In this document: positions 62,150 to 64,000 of the stretch, one piece after another | How positions within the stretch are numbered: the first letter of the stretch is position 1 | Layout: each line of letters starts with the position of its first letter | Assembly (NCBI RefSeq): GCF_002854065.1 | Contig: NZ_CP024153.1 | DNA from: Escherichia coli | Lineage (GTDB): Bacteria > Pseudomonadota > Gammaproteobacteria > Enterobacterales > Enterobacteriaceae | Length of the DNA stretch: 64,000 nt | Direction: 5' to 3' (one strand) | Program-made: the position numbers and the translations under genes | Notes under the pieces: model-generated | Database searches by the model: none | What the model was told of the DNA's origin: nothing | Seen by the model: the letters and a program-made list of their open reading frames with translations, nothing else

Positions 62150-62680
62150 CTCACAAAGTGAGAAAGCGGCGAGGAAGCGGAAAATCACAGAACTCACAGA
62201 TTGCACGTACGTCGGGTTGCTAAAGATGACTCGGGATCAGCCAGTTATAATGAAATTGACTGCGGTATGTAATATATTGACTATGGTATGATGCTTACCG
62301 CATCTGTAGGAAAGACGACTCAGCATACCGCAGTCAATGTTTCATTGTTGTACCTGTAGATCTCAATCTTCCAGAGCGTATTCAGGAAAATCAGGCCAGG
62401 GTTCTGGATATCTGGTGTGGCGCTTCCGGCCTTGTATCTGGGTTATTCATGGTCTCGATCCAATAATTGATCCCAAGGAGATCATAGTGAGATCCAAAAG
62501 AGATCCCCGGATCGCTCCAGCATGCGCTGTAACTGGCTTTAACGTCTGTCTGGATCGACTGCGGAATGTAAAATGTTGACTGTTATATGCATAATCTAAT
62601 ACTGTGATATGCAACGGTATTTACTGAGGTATGTATATCTGTTGACTGCGATACGTATTACTACATCCTTTTGTGGATAA
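62150..62680. repeat. Iteron cluster upstream of repB (multiple TTGACTG(C/T)GGTATG-like repeats in both orientations)
   Basis: ATTGACTGCGGTATGT, ATTGACTATGGTATGA, CATACCGCAGTCAAT, TGTTGACTGTTATATG, TGTTGACTGCGATACG read directly. Confidence 0.7.
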
Positions 62681-62683
62681 CCG

Positions 62684-63706
62684 TTGAGGATCAAGATGAC
62701 GAGCGAAAATAATAGCTTACTTCTGAACCTTCAGGAAGTTGATAAGACAACCGGTGAAGTTGTTAAGCTGGATGTCAACAGCACCAGTACCGTGCAGCCA
62801 GTAGCGCTCATGAGACTCGGTCTCTTCGTCCCAACTCTGAAATCAACAGGGAAGAGCAAGGCGAACCGGAAAAACGTTACAGACGCGACTGAGGAGCTTG
62901 TACAGCTGTCCATTGCCAAAAGCGAAGGATACACTGACGTTAAGATCACCGGTTCGCGTCTTGATATGGACACGGATTTTAAAGTCTGGCTGGGGATAAT
63001 TCGCTCCATGTCGGAGTATGGGGTAAAAAGTGACACCCTGGAACTGTCGTTCGTCGAATTCGTTAAGATGTGCGGATTTGACTCCCGTCGTTCAAACAAA
63101 AAAATGCGCGATCGCATCAGTAATTCCCTGTTTAAACTCGCCTCGGTTACGCTGAAGTTCCAGAGCGAGACCAAAGGATGGACCACCCATCTGGTGCAGT
63201 CAGCCTATTATGACATCAACGAGGATATCGTTGAGATCAAGGCTGAACCTAAGCTGTTTGAGCTTTACCACATGGACAGAAGGGTACTTCTGCGGCTGAA
63301 AGCCATTGACGCCCTGCAGCGCAAGGAATCAGCCCAGGCGCTTTATACCTACATCGAAAGTCTTCCCCAGAATCCTGCACCTATTTCCATGAAACGGATG
63401 CGTGACCGGCTGAATCTCACCTCAAATGTCTATACGCAGAACCACACGGTGCGTAAGGCGATGGAGCAGCTGCGGGATATTGGTTATCTGGATTACACTG
63501 AGTTTAAACGTGGCCGAGCCACCTATTTCAGCGTGCATTATCGCAACCCCAAACTCATCAGTGGTCCTGTGAAGGTTCCGCGCAAAGAGGAAGAAGAGAA
63601 GGCGCCAGAGCAAAATTATGACGAAGTCATTAAGGCGCTGAAGGCTGCTGGCATCGATCCCCTTAAACTGGCCGAAGCTCTCTCAGCGATGAAGCCAGAA
63701 AATTGA
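62684..63706 (+). CDS. repB: Rep_3-family replication initiator (RepB/RepA of IncFIB/IncR-like replicon); start may be internal (MTSENN...)
   Basis: 340 aa; ...[16 protein letters not shown]... and ...[25 protein letters not shown]... resemble recalled IncR/IncFIB RepB; flanked by iterons. Confidence 0.8.
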   Translation: MRIKMTSENNSLLLNLQEVDKTTGEVVKLDVNSTSTVQPVALMRLGLFVPTLKSTGKSKANRKNVTDATEELVQLSIAKSEGYTDVKITGSRLDMDTDFKVWLGIIRSMSEYGVKSDTLELSFVEFVKMCGFDSRRSNKKMRDRISNSLFKLASVTLKFQSETKGWTTHLVQSAYYDINEDIVEIKAEPKLFELYHMDRRVLLRLKAIDALQRKESAQALYTYIESLPQNPAPISMKRMRDRLNLTSNVYTQNHTVRKAMEQLRDIGYLDYTEFKRGRATYFSVHYRNPKLISGPVKVPRKEEEEKAPEQNYDEVIKALKAAGIDPLKLAEALSAMKPEN

Positions 63707-63830
63707 CTGTCATATGTGATTTCAGGCCGTGATACGCAGATATTGACTACGGTATGCGGGTTTAACGGCGATATTCCCAGGTCTGTGCACTGCTCCACAC
63801 GTGTTAACATGCCACAGTCAATTTTTCAGT
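63707..63830. repeat. Iteron cluster downstream of repB
   Basis: AATTGACTGTCATATG, ATATTGACTACGGTATGC, CCACAGTCAAT read directly. Confidence 0.65.
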
Positions 63831-64000
63831 AAAGCTCTATACCCCTTACGAAAATCTCAATCGGATGGGCTTTGTTGAATAAATCGAACTTTTGCTGAGT
63901 TGAAGGATCAGATCACGTATCTTCCCGACAACGCAGACCGTTCCGTGGCAAAGCAAAAGTTCAAAATCACCAACTGGCCCACCTACAATAAAGCCCCCAT

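Overview
Mosaic multidrug- and metal-resistance region of an Enterobacterales F-like (multi-replicon) plasmid. All protein identifications are from recalled family sequences and motifs read in the ORF track, not from database searches. Left ~34 kb: seven IS26 copies (two sequence variants, one with a frameshifted tnpA) plus a 142-bp IS26 fragment partition the region into modules. These are a Tn1721 remnant (tetR(A) 3' end, 38-bp IR, truncated tnpA); qnrS (QnrS2-like) with a metalloprotease-gene fragment; class 1 integron A (truncated intI1, aac(6')-Ib-cr, blaOXA-1, catB3, arr-3, qacEdelta1, truncated sul1); class 1 integron B (truncated intI1, dfrA12, gcuF, aadA2) followed by a low-GC segment with bleO; a eukaryotic-type glutathione-synthetase-like gene; an IS110-family element; a truncated Rep_3 initiator with separated iteron/DnaA-box origin remnants; a RelE/StbE-type toxin-antitoxin pair; an IS91-family (IS1294-like) element; a Tn5 remnant (IS50L, aph(3')-IIa, truncated ble); and Tn6010-like IS26-oqxR-oqxB-oqxA-IS26. 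Right ~30 kb: complete sil silver/copper efflux locus (silP, ORF105, silA, silB, silF, silC / silRS / silE) with no pco operon; an AT-rich islet with an HNH-nuclease gene of unknown function; a GAF-GGDEF cyclase; an uncharacterised small-protein / membrane-protein / tyrosine-recombinase module; IS3-family fragments; IS30; a ~1.1-kb array of 37-bp tandem repeats; IS1; and an F-like sopAB-sopC partition locus beside an iteron-flanked repB. Best candidates for undescribed biology: the HNH islet (48.3-50.2 kb), the three-gene recombinase module (51.8-53.6 kb), the 37-bp repeat array (56.1-57.2 kb) and the glutathione-synthetase-like cargo gene (16.6-18.1 kb). Several IS genes carry single-base indels or a nonsense change that could be real decay or homopolymer sequencing errors.
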